Notes: a model not told the origin generated them from the sequence alone. 64,000 nucleotides of DNA from Actinomycetes bacterium (GCA_023426345.1 JAFAAX010000006.1:35883-99882), one strand, 5' to 3'; counted from the stretch's first letter, positions 45,802-56,338 are shown. A program made the numbers and translations.

Positions 45802-47076
45802 TCAGGCGGCGCCGCGCGCCGCCAGGGGACGGTACGCGCACAGCGGATCCGCAGCCAGAGGGTCGCCGGTGGCAGCGTAGGCCCGGGACCGCGATCCACC
45901 GCACCAGCGGTTGTACTCGCAGACCCCGCAGTCGCCGCCGAAGCGCGCCGGGTCGCGGAGCGCCCGCATGAGGGCGTGGTCGCGGTAGAGATCGACCAGC
46001 GAATCGCGCGTGACATTGCCCAGCGTGACCGGAAGGAACCCGGAGGGCGTCACGTCCCCGACGTGGGAGACGAAGACGATGCCGTTGCCGTCGCGCACGC
46101 CGAACGAGCGGGCCAGGGGAGCGGCCCCGATCTCTGCGCGCGTCATTCCGCGGGCCTCCATCCTCTGCGCGGCGACGCGGCGGAAGTGGAGGGCCTCCGT
46201 GGTGCTCACCTGGAAAGGGACCTCCCCGCGCAGGCCGTCGAGCCACCGCAGCAGCCGCTCGGACTCCTGCGGGGAGATCTCCTCCAGCACGCCTCCGCGG
46301 CCGGTCTTGACCAGGAAGAACAGGGTCCACCGCTGGATGCCGCGGCGGGCCAGCACAGCGGAGATCGCGGGCATGTCCGCGAGGGTGTCCGCGGTGACCA
46401 GCGTGTTGACCTGGACGGGCAGGCCCAGCGCCGCCGCGTCGTCCAAGGCGCGCATGGTGAGGTCGAAGGTGCCGGGCACTCGGCGCAGGCCGTCGTGGCG
46501 GGCGGCGGTGGACCCGTCCAGGCTGAGCGAGACCGCCCGGCAGCCGGCCGCCTGCACCTCGGCCAGCCGGTGTCGCGTGAGATCCGGGGTGACGGCCGGG
46601 GACAGGGAGACGCCGATGCGGCGGGCGCGCGCCTCGGCCATGAGGTCGAGCAGGTCCGCCCGGCGCATCGGGTCCCCGCCGGTGAGGATGAGGTGGGGGA
46701 GCGGATCGCCGAAACCGGCGATGTCGTCGAGGAGCGCAACGCCCTGGCCGGTGGTGAGCTCGCCCGGCGCCGGGCGGTTCCAGGCCCGGGCTCGGCAGTG
46801 GCGGCAGGCCAGCGCGCAGGCCAGCGTCATCTCCCAGTACACCGTCATCGGCGCCCGCGCGTAGACCCCGCCCACCGGACGCACCGAGCCGATGGGGCGG
46901 ATTCCGTGGGCATCCGCGGTGGCGGGGGCGCCGACGGGATGGAGCTCGGGGAAGGGCGCCGTCGGTCTCACGGGTGCCGCGGCTTGGTCCGGGTTGGCGG
47001 ACTGCTCGGGGCTGGCTGCCTGTTCCGGGCCCACGATCTGGTCCAGCGTGCGGTGAATATCCTGACGATCTGTCAT
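45802..47076 (-). CDS. Radical SAM/SPASM protein (NirJ/AhbD-related, BA_1875-like)
   Basis: VYWEMTLACALACRHCRA, LTGGDP, SLDG, GVRDGNG, CGVC...CGGSRSRAY..DPLC; start uncertain. Confidence 0.8.
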   Translation of the reverse strand: MTDRQDIHRTLDQIVGPEQAASPEQSANPDQAAAPVRPTAPFPELHPVGAPATADAHGIRPIGSVRPVGGVYARAPMTVYWEMTLACALACRHCRARAWNRPAPGELTTGQGVALLDDIAGFGDPLPHLILTGGDPMRRADLLDLMAEARARRIGVSLSPAVTPDLTRHRLAEVQAAGCRAVSLSLDGSTAARHDGLRRVPGTFDLTMRALDDAAALGLPVQVNTLVTADTLADMPAISAVLARRGIQRWTLFFLVKTGRGGVLEEISPQESERLLRWLDGLRGEVPFQVSTTEALHFRRVAAQRMEARGMTRAEIGAAPLARSFGVRDGNGIVFVSHVGDVTPSGFLPVTLGNVTRDSLVDLYRDHALMRALRDPARFGGDCGVCEYNRWCGGSRSRAYAATGDPLAADPLCAYRPLAARGAA

Positions 47077-47279
47077 CAAACCGGCTCTCATCTGCTCGGA
47101 CGCGGGCGGTCCGGACAGTGTGGCCGTCCTCGTCGGAGGATACGCGGACGATGTCCACTCGGAATGGGACCGAGGTCGGGAACCCGCCGGGGAGTGCGCC
47201 GGGGAGTGCGCGGGACCGGCCGCCGCGGGCGCCTCACCGCGTGCGGCCGTGAGGCGCGCGACATGGGAGAATCGCCCCC

Positions 47280-48470
47280 ATGAGGATCCTGATGGTCACC
47301 GACTGCTTCCTGCCGACGATGGGCGGCATCGAGATGGTCGTGTCCCGGCTGGCCGAGCGACTGGTCGAACGGGGGCATGAGGTGGTCGTGGCCACGGCGG
47401 CCGACGCCGACGGGTTCGACGATTCGACGCTGCCCTACTCCGTCGTGCGATCCGTGTGGAAGAACCCCTTCCACACGCCGGTCGATCCCCGAGCGCCGCG
47501 CCGGTTCGTCGAACTCGTTGAGAAGTGGCATCCCGACGTCGTCCACATCCATCAGGGCGAGGTCTCGCCGGTCGCACAGGCCACCCTCCTGCGCCAGCGG
47601 CGCGCCGGCCTGCCCGTCCCCGTGGTGCTCACCGTGCATTCGGTGTGGTCGCGGCGCACCACGATTCCCCTGTTCCGGGCGCTGTCGGCATTCGATCGGA
47701 GGGGCCGTCAGCAGGTGACGTGGACGGGCGTGTCGCGCCTGGTCGCCGACCGCATGCGGGAGGCCTTCGGCGACATCGAGGTCGAGGTCCTCCCCAACGG
47801 CGTGCGCACCCAGGACTGGCGGCGCCCCGCCCGCGAGCATGACGGGGTCGTCGTCGCGTGCGCCACGCGTTTCGCGCCGCGCAAGCGGGTGCTCCCGCTG
47901 CTCGACATCCTCGAGGCCGCCGCCCGCTCGCTCGGATGGACGCCGGAGGACGGGTGGCCCGCCGGCCGTGTGCCCCTGCGCGCCGTCATCGCCGGCGCCG
48001 GCGGCCAGTTCGACGCCGCGCAGCGCCAGATCCGCGACCGCGGCCTGGCGGAACTGGTCGTCCTGCCGGGGCGCCTGTCCTCCGATCAGCTGGCGGACCT
48101 CTACGCCGGGGCCGACATCTACGCCGCGCCCGGCGTCCAGGACGCCATGGTCCTGGCGGCCGCCGAAGCGTGGGCCGCCGGACTGGCCGTCGTCACGCGC
48201 GCCCAGTCCGGGTTCGCGGAGCTCATCGATCCGGGCGTCACCGGGGCGACGGCCGCGACGGACCGCGATATGGCGCGCATCCTCGCGCGTTGGGCCGATG
48301 ATCCCGAGGAACTGGGGCGCATCGTCGCCCATAACCGGTCGACGCTGCCCTCCGTCGACGACTCGATGGTGGTCCCCCTGGTGGAGGACGTCTATCGTCG
48401 CGCCGCCGAGCGCGCCGCCCACCACATCGCCCAGCGCGTCCGGCAGAACGACGCCCGGCACGCGAGCTGA
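47280..48470 (+). CDS. Glycosyltransferase family 4
   Basis: MVTDCFLP.MGGIE, LTVHS, LPNGV, EAWAAG. Confidence 0.88.
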   Translation: MRILMVTDCFLPTMGGIEMVVSRLAERLVERGHEVVVATAADADGFDDSTLPYSVVRSVWKNPFHTPVDPRAPRRFVELVEKWHPDVVHIHQGEVSPVAQATLLRQRRAGLPVPVVLTVHSVWSRRTTIPLFRALSAFDRRGRQQVTWTGVSRLVADRMREAFGDIEVEVLPNGVRTQDWRRPAREHDGVVVACATRFAPRKRVLPLLDILEAAARSLGWTPEDGWPAGRVPLRAVIAGAGGQFDAAQRQIRDRGLAELVVLPGRLSSDQLADLYAGADIYAAPGVQDAMVLAAAEAWAAGLAVVTRAQSGFAELIDPGVTGATAATDRDMARILARWADDPEELGRIVAHNRSTLPSVDDSMVVPLVEDVYRRAAERAAHHIAQRVRQNDARHAS

Positions 48471-48488
48471 CGGAGCCCACCCGCACGG

Positions 48489-48938
48489 CCCCGCGACTTC
48501 GGTGCTGTTTCGCCGCGACTTCGGTTCTCTTTCCCCGCGAGTTCGGTTCTCTTCTCCCGCGAGTTCGGTGCTTGTGGCGCGTTGGTCCGCGGGGTGTCCG
48601 CTCGTGTGGGTGTGAGCGAGGGGGCTGTCCGCGAGGGAGGGCGCACGCGAGATCGCTCGTCGGACAGGGATCTGCCCGTGGGGAAGTGGAATGCTCGCGG
48701 GGAAGCTCTATGGCGCTTCCCTGCGAGCAATTGCCTTCCCCGAGGCCAGATCCCTTCCCCGAGGGCAGATCCCTTCCCCGAGGCCAGATCCCTTCCCCGA
48801 GGGCAGATCGCTTCCCCGCGGGGCGGTCCTCCTCGTGTCCGAGCGCCCGCGCCCGCGCCGCCCTCGTCAACAGCCAAGGACCGAAGTCGCCGGGAAAGAG
48901 GACCGAAGTCGCCGAAGAAGAGCACCGAAGTCGCGGGG
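48489..48938. mobile_element. 450-bp MITE/REPIN-like composite: perfect 18-bp terminal inverted repeats, 22-bp subterminal arrays, internal 19-bp VNTR element
   Basis: CCCCGCGACTTCGGTGCT (48489-48506) / AGCACCGAAGTCGCGGGG (48921-48938); 4 left and 3 right 22-bp units; TTCCCC at 48736, 48755, 48774, 48793, 48812; mobility is inferred. Confidence 0.6.
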
Positions 48939-48991
48939 GGGGGCGGGGACTGAGGGGCGCGGCGCTCAGGGCGCAGAGCGGGAGAAGGCGA

Positions 48992-49732
48992 TCAGTCGTC
49001 CTCGTCCATGTCCTCGACCTGGCGGAGGAAGTCCGACAGGCGGTTCGCGGCGGCGACCACGGAGGGGCCGTGCTGGCGGCCCGGCTGACGGCCCATGCGA
49101 TCGATCGGGCCGGAGATCGACAACGCCGCCAGCACGCGCCCCGACGGCCCCCGCACGGGGGCGGACACCGAGGCCACGCCCGGCTCGCGCTCGCCGACGG
49201 ACTGCGCCCAGCCGCGGCGGCGCACCTGCGCGAGCATCGTCGCATTGAAAGAGGCCTCGTACAGGCCGCGATGCATCCGATCGGGCTCCTCCCAGGCCAA
49301 CAGCACCTGGGCGGCGGACCCCGCCTTCATCGACAGCGTGGCGCCGACGGGGATCGAGTCGCGCAGACCCATCTGACGTTCGGCGGCCGCCACGCAGACG
49401 CGGTACTCGCCCTGGCGGCGATAGAGCTGGGCGGACTCCTTCGTGTGGTCGCGCAGCGCCACCAGCACGGGCATCGCAGCCGTGAGCAGGCGGTCCTCGC
49501 CGGCGGAGGAGGCCAGCTCCTGGAGGCGCGGCCCCAAGACGAAACGCCCCTGCATGTCGCGGGCGACCATGCGGTGGTACTCGAGGGCCACCGCGAGGCG
49601 ATGAGCGGTCGGACGGGCCAGACCCGTCGCCGCGACCAGCTGGGCAAGGGTGGCGGGGCCTGCCTCCAAGGCACCGAGGACCAGCGCCGCCTTGTCCAGG
49701 ACTCCCACTCCACTGGATGTCGCGTCCTCCAT
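48992..49732 (-). CDS. IclR-family regulator divergent from leuCD (NdgR/LtbR-like)
   Basis: [40 protein letters not shown]; conserved position. Confidence 0.92.
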   Translation of the reverse strand: MEDATSSGVGVLDKAALVLGALEAGPATLAQLVAATGLARPTAHRLAVALEYHRMVARDMQGRFVLGPRLQELASSAGEDRLLTAAMPVLVALRDHTKESAQLYRRQGEYRVCVAAAERQMGLRDSIPVGATLSMKAGSAAQVLLAWEEPDRMHRGLYEASFNATMLAQVRRRGWAQSVGEREPGVASVSAPVRGPSGRVLAALSISGPIDRMGRQPGRQHGPSVVAAANRLSDFLRQVEDMDEDD

Positions 49733-49747
49733 ATGGTGATCCTGCCA

Positions 49748-49785
49748 TCTCACGCAGCGAGACAGCAAATCTCCGCATGGTGGAA
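49748..49785. promoter_or_regulatory. Two imperfect 15-bp palindromes, candidate IclR operators
   Basis: TCTCACGCAGCGAGA (49748-49762) and CTCCGCATGGTGGAA (49771-49785) in the divergent gap. Confidence 0.45.
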
Positions 49786-49851
49786 CTGGCGACGATGGCA
49801 GGCACGCATGACGGAGCGGCCCCGGACGGCGGTCGCAGGGGAGGACAAGGC

Positions 49852-51252
49852 ATGAGCGGCACGCTGGCGGAGAAGGTGTGGGCGGACCACATCGTGACGA
49901 AAGGGCACGACGGGGCGCCTGACCTGCTCTACATCGACCTGCACCTCGTTCACGAGGTGACCAGCCCGCAGGCCTTCGAGGGGCTCCGCCTGGCGGGGCG
50001 GAAGGTCCGCCGCCCCGACCTGACGATCGCCACCGAGGACCACAACACCCCGACCATGGACATCGACCTGCCCATCGCGGACGAGACCTCGCGCATCCAG
50101 ATCAACACCCTGCGCTCCAACGCCCAGGAGTTCGGGATCCGCCTGCATTCCCTCGGCGACGCGGACCAGGGCATCGTCCACGTGGTGGGTCCCCAGCTGG
50201 GGCTCACGCAGCCGGGCATGACGATCGTGTGCGGCGACTCCCACACGTCCACGCACGGCGCGTTCGGCGCGCTCGCCTTCGGCATCGGGACCTCCGAGGT
50301 CGAGCATGTCATGGCCACCCAGACGCTGCCGCTGCAGCCCTTCAAGACGATGGCGATCACCGTCAACGGGTCGCTGCCGCCGGGCGCCTCGGCGAAGGAC
50401 ATCATCCTGGCCGTCATCGCGCGGATCGGGACCGGAGGCGGTCAGGGCTACGTCCTGGAGTACCGCGGCCAGGCCATCCGGGAGCTCTCGATGGAGGGCC
50501 GGATGACGATCTGCAACATGTCGATCGAGGCGGGCGCGCGCGCCGGCATGGTCGCCCCCGACCAGACGACGTTCGACTACGTCCAGGGCCGTCCGCACGC
50601 CCCGCAGGGCGAGGACTGGGACCGGGCGCTCGCCTACTGGAGGACGCTGCGCTCCGACGACGACGCCGTCTTCGACGCCGAGGTCGTGCTGGAGGCGGAG
50701 GACCTGGAGCCGTTCGTCACATGGGGGACGAACCCCGGCCAGGGCGTGCCCCTGTCGGCGCGCGTCCCCGATCCGGCCGACATCCCGGATGCGACGAAGC
50801 GGGCCGCCGCCGAGCGGGCCCTGGAGTACATGGGGCTGGCCGCCGGCACGCCGATGCGCGACATCCCGGTCGACACCGTCTTCCTGGGGTCGTGCACGAA
50901 CGGGCGCATCGAGGACCTGCGCGCCGCGGCGGCCGTCATCAAGGGCCGCACGAAGGCCGAGGGCGTGCGGATGCTGGTGGTGCCCGGCTCCGCCCGGGTC
51001 CGCCTCCAGGCGGAGGACGAGGGCCTCGACCGCGTCTTCACCGACTTCGGCGCCGAATGGCGCAACGCCGGGTGCTCCATGTGCCTGGGCATGAATCCGG
51101 ACCAGCTCAAGCCCGGCGAGCGCGCGGCGTCGACCTCGAACCGCAACTTCGAGGGCCGCCAGGGCAAGGGCGGGCGCACGCACCTGGTCTCGCCCCTGGT
51201 CGCGGCGGCGACCGCGGTGCGCGGCACGCTGTCCAGCCCGGCGGACCTCTGA
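49852..51252 (+). CDS. leuC: 3-isopropylmalate dehydratase large subunit
   Basis: [46 protein letters not shown]. Confidence 0.97.
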   Translation: MSGTLAEKVWADHIVTKGHDGAPDLLYIDLHLVHEVTSPQAFEGLRLAGRKVRRPDLTIATEDHNTPTMDIDLPIADETSRIQINTLRSNAQEFGIRLHSLGDADQGIVHVVGPQLGLTQPGMTIVCGDSHTSTHGAFGALAFGIGTSEVEHVMATQTLPLQPFKTMAITVNGSLPPGASAKDIILAVIARIGTGGGQGYVLEYRGQAIRELSMEGRMTICNMSIEAGARAGMVAPDQTTFDYVQGRPHAPQGEDWDRALAYWRTLRSDDDAVFDAEVVLEAEDLEPFVTWGTNPGQGVPLSARVPDPADIPDATKRAAAERALEYMGLAAGTPMRDIPVDTVFLGSCTNGRIEDLRAAAAVIKGRTKAEGVRMLVVPGSARVRLQAEDEGLDRVFTDFGAEWRNAGCSMCLGMNPDQLKPGERAASTSNRNFEGRQGKGGRTHLVSPLVAAATAVRGTLSSPADL

Positions 51253-51268
51253 GAGGGGAGCACAGACC

Positions 51269-51928
51269 ATGGAGAAGTTCACCACCCACACCGGCGTCGG
51301 GGTCCCGCTGCGCCGCTCGAACGTCGACACCGACCAGATCATCCCGGCCGTCTACCTCAAGCGCGTGGCGCGCACCGGGTTCGAGGACGCGCTGTTCGCC
51401 GCCTGGAGGTCCGATCCGGGCTTCGTCCTCAACCAGAAGTCCTACGCCTCGGGATCGGTGCTGGTGGCCGGCCCGGACTTCGGCACCGGCTCCTCGCGCG
51501 AGCACGCCGTGTGGGCGCTCAAGGATTACGGCTTCCGCGCCGTGCTGGCCCCCAAGTTTGCGGACATCTTCCGCGGCAACGCCGGCAAGCAGGGGCTGGT
51601 GGCCGGCATCATCACGCAGGAGGACTGCGAGTCCCTGTGGAAGGTCCTGGAGGCGGAGCCCGGCACGGAGGTGACGGTCTCGCTGGAGGACCGCACGGTC
51701 GTCGCGGGCAACGTGACGTGCCGTTTCCAGATCGACGACTACACGCGGTGGCGGCTGATGGAGGGCCTCGACGACATCGGCCTGACGCTGCGCGACGAGC
51801 AGGCGATCACCGACTACGAGGCCCGCCGTCCCTCCTACAAGCCGACGACCCTGCCCGCCCGGACGCTGCCGAAGCAGCGGATCGCCTCCGCGCGGCCCGT
51901 GGCGCTGGGGATCCCCGTCGTCCATTGA
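51269..51928 (+). CDS. leuD: 3-isopropylmalate dehydratase small subunit
   Basis: [31 protein letters not shown]. Confidence 0.97.
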   Translation: MEKFTTHTGVGVPLRRSNVDTDQIIPAVYLKRVARTGFEDALFAAWRSDPGFVLNQKSYASGSVLVAGPDFGTGSSREHAVWALKDYGFRAVLAPKFADIFRGNAGKQGLVAGIITQEDCESLWKVLEAEPGTEVTVSLEDRTVVAGNVTCRFQIDDYTRWRLMEGLDDIGLTLRDEQAITDYEARRPSYKPTTLPARTLPKQRIASARPVALGIPVVH

Positions 51929-52060
51929 CGAGGGCGACGCCGCTTCGCCCTCGCCTCGTCCCGCCGGGCGCGTGACGTCCGTCCGCCGGGCGTCGCCCGA
52001 CCCGCGAACCCGGCCGCGCGATGCCCCGGGCGCCGCGCGCCCGGGGCCGCCCTCGTCCAT
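51923..52060. repeat. ~138-bp element bounded by inverted GACGAGGGCG motifs
   Basis: CATTGACGAGGGCG ... CGCCCTCGTCCAT; internal GAACCCGGCCGCGCG shared with 22533-22547; contains the leuD stop. Confidence 0.8.
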
Positions 52061-52170
52061 GGAGGAGCGGAACACGCCCGGCGGGAGGTCCGTCACTGCG
52101 CGGCGCGGCCGGGGGACCGGTGAACTACAGTGAGGTCCATCCTCATCCCCTTCCCAGGAGCGCGCGGCAC

Positions 52171-53499
52171 ATGACGTCGATCATGCACATCGAGGGCGGA
52201 CATCCCCTGGTCGGGACGATCACCGTCCGCGGCGCGAAGAACTTCGTGCCCAAGGCGATGGTGGCGTCCCTGCTGGCAGACGGGCCCTCGGTGCTGCGCA
52301 ACGTCCCGCTCATCCGCGACGTCGACGTGGTCTCCGACCTCCTGCGCCTCCACGGCGTCCAGATCGACTTCGACCAGGAGCGCGGGGTCATGTCGCTGGA
52401 TCCGACGAACGTCAAGGCGGCGCGGCGTGCCGACATCGACGCCCTGGGCGGGTCCTCGCGCATCCCGATCCTGTTCTGCGGGCCGCTGCTCCACCAGCTC
52501 GGGGAGGCATTCATCCCGGAGCTCGGCGGGTGCAACATCGGCGGGCGGCCCATCGATTTCCACCTGGACACCCTGCGCAAGTTCGGGGCCGCCGTGGAGA
52601 AGCGCTCCGACGGCATCCACATCTCCAGCCCGGCCGACGGCCTGCACGGCACCGTGATCTCCTTGCCGTTCCCCTCGGTGGGCGCCACCGAGCAGACACT
52701 GCTCACGGCCGTGCGCGCGGACGGGATCACGACGCTGCACGGGGCGGCCACCGAGCCGGAGATCATGGACCTCATCAACGTGCTCCAGAAGATGGGCGCC
52801 GTGATCTCCGTGGACACGGACCGCACGATCCGCATTGAGGGCGTCGACCATCTCACGGGATTCACCCACACGGCCCTGCCCGACCGCATCGAGGCGGCTT
52901 CGTGGGGCGCCGCCGCGCTGGCCACCCACGGCGACATCTACGTGCAGGGCGCGCACCAGCCCGACATGATCACGTTCCTCAACACGTTCCGGAAGGTGGG
53001 CGGGGCCTTCGACATCGACGAGGACGGCATCCGCTTCTACCACCCGGGAGGCGCGCTGCACTCGATCGCCTTGGAGACGGCCGTCCACCCCGGGTTCATG
53101 ACGGACTGGCAGCAGCCCCTGGTGGTCGCCCTCACGCAGGCGGAGGGCCTGTCGATCGTCCACGAGACCGTCTACGAGAACCGCTTCGGCTTCACCCGCG
53201 CGCTCTCCCAGATGGGCGCCACCATCCAGGTCTACAAGGAGTGCCTGGGATCGACGCCCTGCCGGTTCGGGCAGCGCAACTTCTACCACTCGGCGGTGAT
53301 CTCGGGTCCCACGCCGCTGCACGGCGCCGACATCACGGTGCCGGATCTTCGGGGCGGGTTCTCCCACCTCATCGCCGCGCTCGCGGCCAAGGGCCCCTCG
53401 ACCGTCAAGGGCGTGGACGTGATCTCCCGGGGCTACGAGCACTTCCTCACGAAGCTCCATCAGCTCGACGCGCGCGTCGAGTACGCGGACGAGGACTGA
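52171..53499 (+). CDS. murA: UDP-N-acetylglucosamine 1-carboxyvinyltransferase
   Basis: GAKN, GGCNIGGRPIDFH, SVGAT, PDRIEA, PGFMTDWQ, PDLRGG. Confidence 0.95.
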   Translation: MTSIMHIEGGHPLVGTITVRGAKNFVPKAMVASLLADGPSVLRNVPLIRDVDVVSDLLRLHGVQIDFDQERGVMSLDPTNVKAARRADIDALGGSSRIPILFCGPLLHQLGEAFIPELGGCNIGGRPIDFHLDTLRKFGAAVEKRSDGIHISSPADGLHGTVISLPFPSVGATEQTLLTAVRADGITTLHGAATEPEIMDLINVLQKMGAVISVDTDRTIRIEGVDHLTGFTHTALPDRIEAASWGAAALATHGDIYVQGAHQPDMITFLNTFRKVGGAFDIDEDGIRFYHPGGALHSIALETAVHPGFMTDWQQPLVVALTQAEGLSIVHETVYENRFGFTRALSQMGATIQVYKECLGSTPCRFGQRNFYHSAVISGPTPLHGADITVPDLRGGFSHLIAALAAKGPSTVKGVDVISRGYEHFLTKLHQLDARVEYADED

Positions 53500-53508
53500 G
53501 AGCCGCTG

Positions 53509-54522
53509 GTGGCGCTCCCCCTCACGGTCCTCGTGTCGTCGATGTCCGCACGAGGGCGCTCCCTGCGCGTCGGCCCGCGGGTCTGCCGCATCCTGAGGAG
53601 CGGCGGCTGGCACGTCGACGTGCGCGTCACGACCAGCGATCACGACCCGTCAGCCGTGGCCGCATCGGTGTCCACGCCCTACGTCGCGGCTCTGGGCGGC
53701 GACGGCTACCTCGCTGCCATCGCGCAGGGGCTGGCGGGAACCGGAGCCGTCATGGTGCCGATCCCGGGTGGGCGCGGCAACGATTGGTGCCGCGCGATCG
53801 GCGCGGGGCCGGAGCCCGTCGCCCGCGCCGAGGCGCTCGCCCCGCTGGGGGCCGCCCCGCCCGAGCAGGCGGCCTCCCGGATCCGCCCGATGGACGGGAT
53901 GTGGGTCGACGAGGGCTCCGTCGGAGAGGACGGAGACGGGAACGCGCGCGGCGGAGACTACGACGGCGCGGGTCGGGACGGCGCGGGTCGGGACGGCAGA
54001 AGTGGGGGCGCGGAGGCGCTCCCGCGTCCGCGCCGGTTGGCGCTCGGCGTCGTCTCTTTGGGCCTGGACGCCTGGGCGAACAAGCTGGCGAATGAGTCGA
54101 ACCTGCGCTCGGGACCCCTCGCTTACGGATGGGGCGCGGTGACGTCGCCCGCGCACTTCCACGGCGCCCCGTTCCGGGCGCGCATCGACGGGGCCGAGCA
54201 GGACCTGCCGGGCTGGGTGTTCTCGGTCTCCAACTCGGGCTTCATCGGCGGAGGCGTCCACGTGGTGCCCTCCTCCGACCCCTCCGATGGCGTCCTGGAG
54301 CTCTTCCGGGTCGACCAGGTCCCGCTGCGGCGCGTCGTCCCCGCCGTCGTCCAGGTCGTGGCCCTGCGCCACGCGGACCATCCGCTGGTCCACACCTCGC
54401 CGGCCCGCAGTGTCGACATCCTGGGGCCCGCGGGTCTGCCCGCCATGGCCGACGGCGATGTCATCGGGCATCTGCCGCTCCATGTCGAGGTCGCCCCCGG
54501 CGTCGTGCGGGTCCTTCTCTGA
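53509..54522 (+). CDS. Diacylglycerol/lipid kinase family protein
   Basis: LGGDG, IPGGRGND, GLDA, NSGFIGGG, DGVL, ADGD. Confidence 0.8.
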   Translation: MALPLTVLVSSMSARGRSLRVGPRVCRILRSGGWHVDVRVTTSDHDPSAVAASVSTPYVAALGGDGYLAAIAQGLAGTGAVMVPIPGGRGNDWCRAIGAGPEPVARAEALAPLGAAPPEQAASRIRPMDGMWVDEGSVGEDGDGNARGGDYDGAGRDGAGRDGRSGGAEALPRPRRLALGVVSLGLDAWANKLANESNLRSGPLAYGWGAVTSPAHFHGAPFRARIDGAEQDLPGWVFSVSNSGFIGGGVHVVPSSDPSDGVLELFRVDQVPLRRVVPAVVQVVALRHADHPLVHTSPARSVDILGPAGLPAMADGDVIGHLPLHVEVAPGVVRVLL

Positions 54523-54595
54523 GCCGCTGAGACAACGGCGGTCCGAACGCGCGGGGCCGCCCTCCTCAGGGGCGTGGACGGTAGGATCGGACCCC

Positions 54596-55348
54596 GTGAG
54601 CCACACCGTCACTCCTGCCTCCCGCCGGACCCTGCGCACTCTGGGCCGGATCTTCCGCCACTTCGTGGACGTCCAGGTCTCGGGCCTGGAGAACCTGCCC
54701 GATCAGGGGGGCGTCATCCTCACCCCGAACCACATCTCGAACCTGGACCCCGTGGGCGTCTGGTACGCGATGGCCACGCACGGGCACCAGGTGCGGATGA
54801 TGGCGAAGAAGGAGATGCTGACGATCCCCGTCGTCGGGGCGTGGTTCCGCTCGATCGGGCTGGTGCCCGTCGACCGCTCGTCGAGCCCGGGCGCGTCCCT
54901 GGAGGTGGCGGCGCAGCTCCTGGCCGATGGCCAGTGCGTCGGGCTGTACCCGGAGGGGACGTTGACGGCCGAGCCCGGCTACTGGCCGATGCGCGCGAAG
55001 ACGGGGGCGGCGCGCCTCGCGTTGGACACCCGCGCGCCCGTCATCCCCGTCGCCCAGTGGGGCATGCAGGCGGTGATGCCGCGCTACTCGCTGAAGGTCT
55101 CCCTGAAGCCCCACCAGGTCTCGCGCATGCGCATCCTGCCGGCCGTCGACCTCTCCGACCTCTACTCCGACCGCGGCTCGGAGGACCACGAGGCCGTCGA
55201 GGAGGCGACGATGCGGATCTTCCGCGCGATCACCGCCGGCGTCGAGGAGCTGAGGGGCGGCACCGCGCCCGCCGAGGTCTTCGATCCGAAGCTCTCGCGC
55301 GGCGCCCGGCCGGAGAAGAAGGCGGCGAAGGATCGGCGCCGGAGGTAG
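54596..55348 (+). CDS. Lysophospholipid acyltransferase (PlsC-like)
   Basis: NHISNLD, MAKKE, PVDR, YPEGT, KTGAARLA; GTG start inferred. Confidence 0.88.
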   Translation: MSHTVTPASRRTLRTLGRIFRHFVDVQVSGLENLPDQGGVILTPNHISNLDPVGVWYAMATHGHQVRMMAKKEMLTIPVVGAWFRSIGLVPVDRSSSPGASLEVAAQLLADGQCVGLYPEGTLTAEPGYWPMRAKTGAARLALDTRAPVIPVAQWGMQAVMPRYSLKVSLKPHQVSRMRILPAVDLSDLYSDRGSEDHEAVEEATMRIFRAITAGVEELRGGTAPAEVFDPKLSRGARPEKKAAKDRRRR

Positions 55349-55432
55349 CCTCCGTCGTCCGGGAGCGGCTGTGCGGGCGGTCCCACTGGGGCGAACCTCG
55401 GCGCCCCGACTGTGCCGGGGTGGGCCGCGGGC

Positions 55433-56128
55433 TCAATCGCGGATGTCGACGACCACGCGGACCGGGTCGGTGAGCGTGCCGATCTGGACGTCCCGCTGAC
55501 GGTCCATGCCGAGGGCGAGGTGCGTCTGATCCTCGAAGGTGCCGTCCTCGACGACGTCGATCGCCCCGGCCGCGACGTGTGTCGGCCCGGCGTAGTACAG
55601 CGCCTGGTCCTGGTCGGTCTGGGGCCAGGCCGTGCCCGTGATCGCCAGGTCGAGGAAGGCGGCTCCGTCGACGTCCAGCGGCAGGCCGCGGCCCTGCTCG
55701 CGCGGCTCATCGACCCACCCGACGTACCAGCCGGGATCGCCGGAGCCCGCGAACTCGACGACGACGCGCGTGAAGCCGTCGTGCTGGGCGATGCGCAGGT
55801 CGTGGAAGATCAGCCCCTCGGAGCCGGGGGAGGCGTCCTTGTCCGCGGGATCCGCCGTCCAGGCGTCCGCTCCGAGGATCGGCGTGGTGCCGGAGGCCTC
55901 GTCGCCGGTGCTCGCAGAGGGGGAGGCGGACGCGGACGGCGATCCGCTCGGGCCGGCATCCGCGGACGGTGAGACGGAGACGACGGACGGCGGGGCCGTG
56001 GCGGATTGCTGGAGGATCGGCGTCTCCGCGGCGGGACCGCATGCGGCCAGCGACGCGGCGGCCAGGCCGGCGCAGGCCACCAGGGACAGGACCCCGGGGC
56101 GGCGCAGGAGCGTGCGGCGGTGTGTCAT
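55433..56128 (-). CDS. Lipoprotein with AMIN-like domain
   Basis: Lipobox LAAC, Ser/Ala linker, HDGFTRVVVEF, FE.Q, LTDPVRVVVD. Confidence 0.75.
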   Translation of the reverse strand: MTHRRTLLRRPGVLSLVACAGLAAASLAACGPAAETPILQQSATAPPSVVSVSPSADAGPSGSPSASASPSASTGDEASGTTPILGADAWTADPADKDASPGSEGLIFHDLRIAQHDGFTRVVVEFAGSGDPGWYVGWVDEPREQGRGLPLDVDGAAFLDLAITGTAWPQTDQDQALYYAGPTHVAAGAIDVVEDGTFEDQTHLALGMDRQRDVQIGTLTDPVRVVVDIRD

Positions 56129-56338
56129 CGTCTCCTCCTTCGGAACCGGTCGTTGGCGCCCAGTCTAGGCGGACCGGGTCCCGCCGCGCCGCGTTCGGAC
56201 CGTCGGCCGCCGCGAATTCGGGGTCCCCGACGGGGCCGCCGGCCCCTGGGGGAACCCGGCGTCCCGCGAACGGGGTCGCCCTCGTCAACCGATGAGGGGC
56301 TGGCCCGGAGGGGGCGCGCGACGTCGTAGAGTCGAGTC

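Noticed and set aside
47186..47211. 12-bp duplication GCCGGGGAGTGC
   Set aside because: Only two copies in GC-rich intergenic DNA, with no further support.
48489..48938. CRISPR array interpretation of the 19- and 22-bp repeats
   Set aside because: The units are contiguous tandems without unique 25-45 bp spacers, and no cas genes are present.
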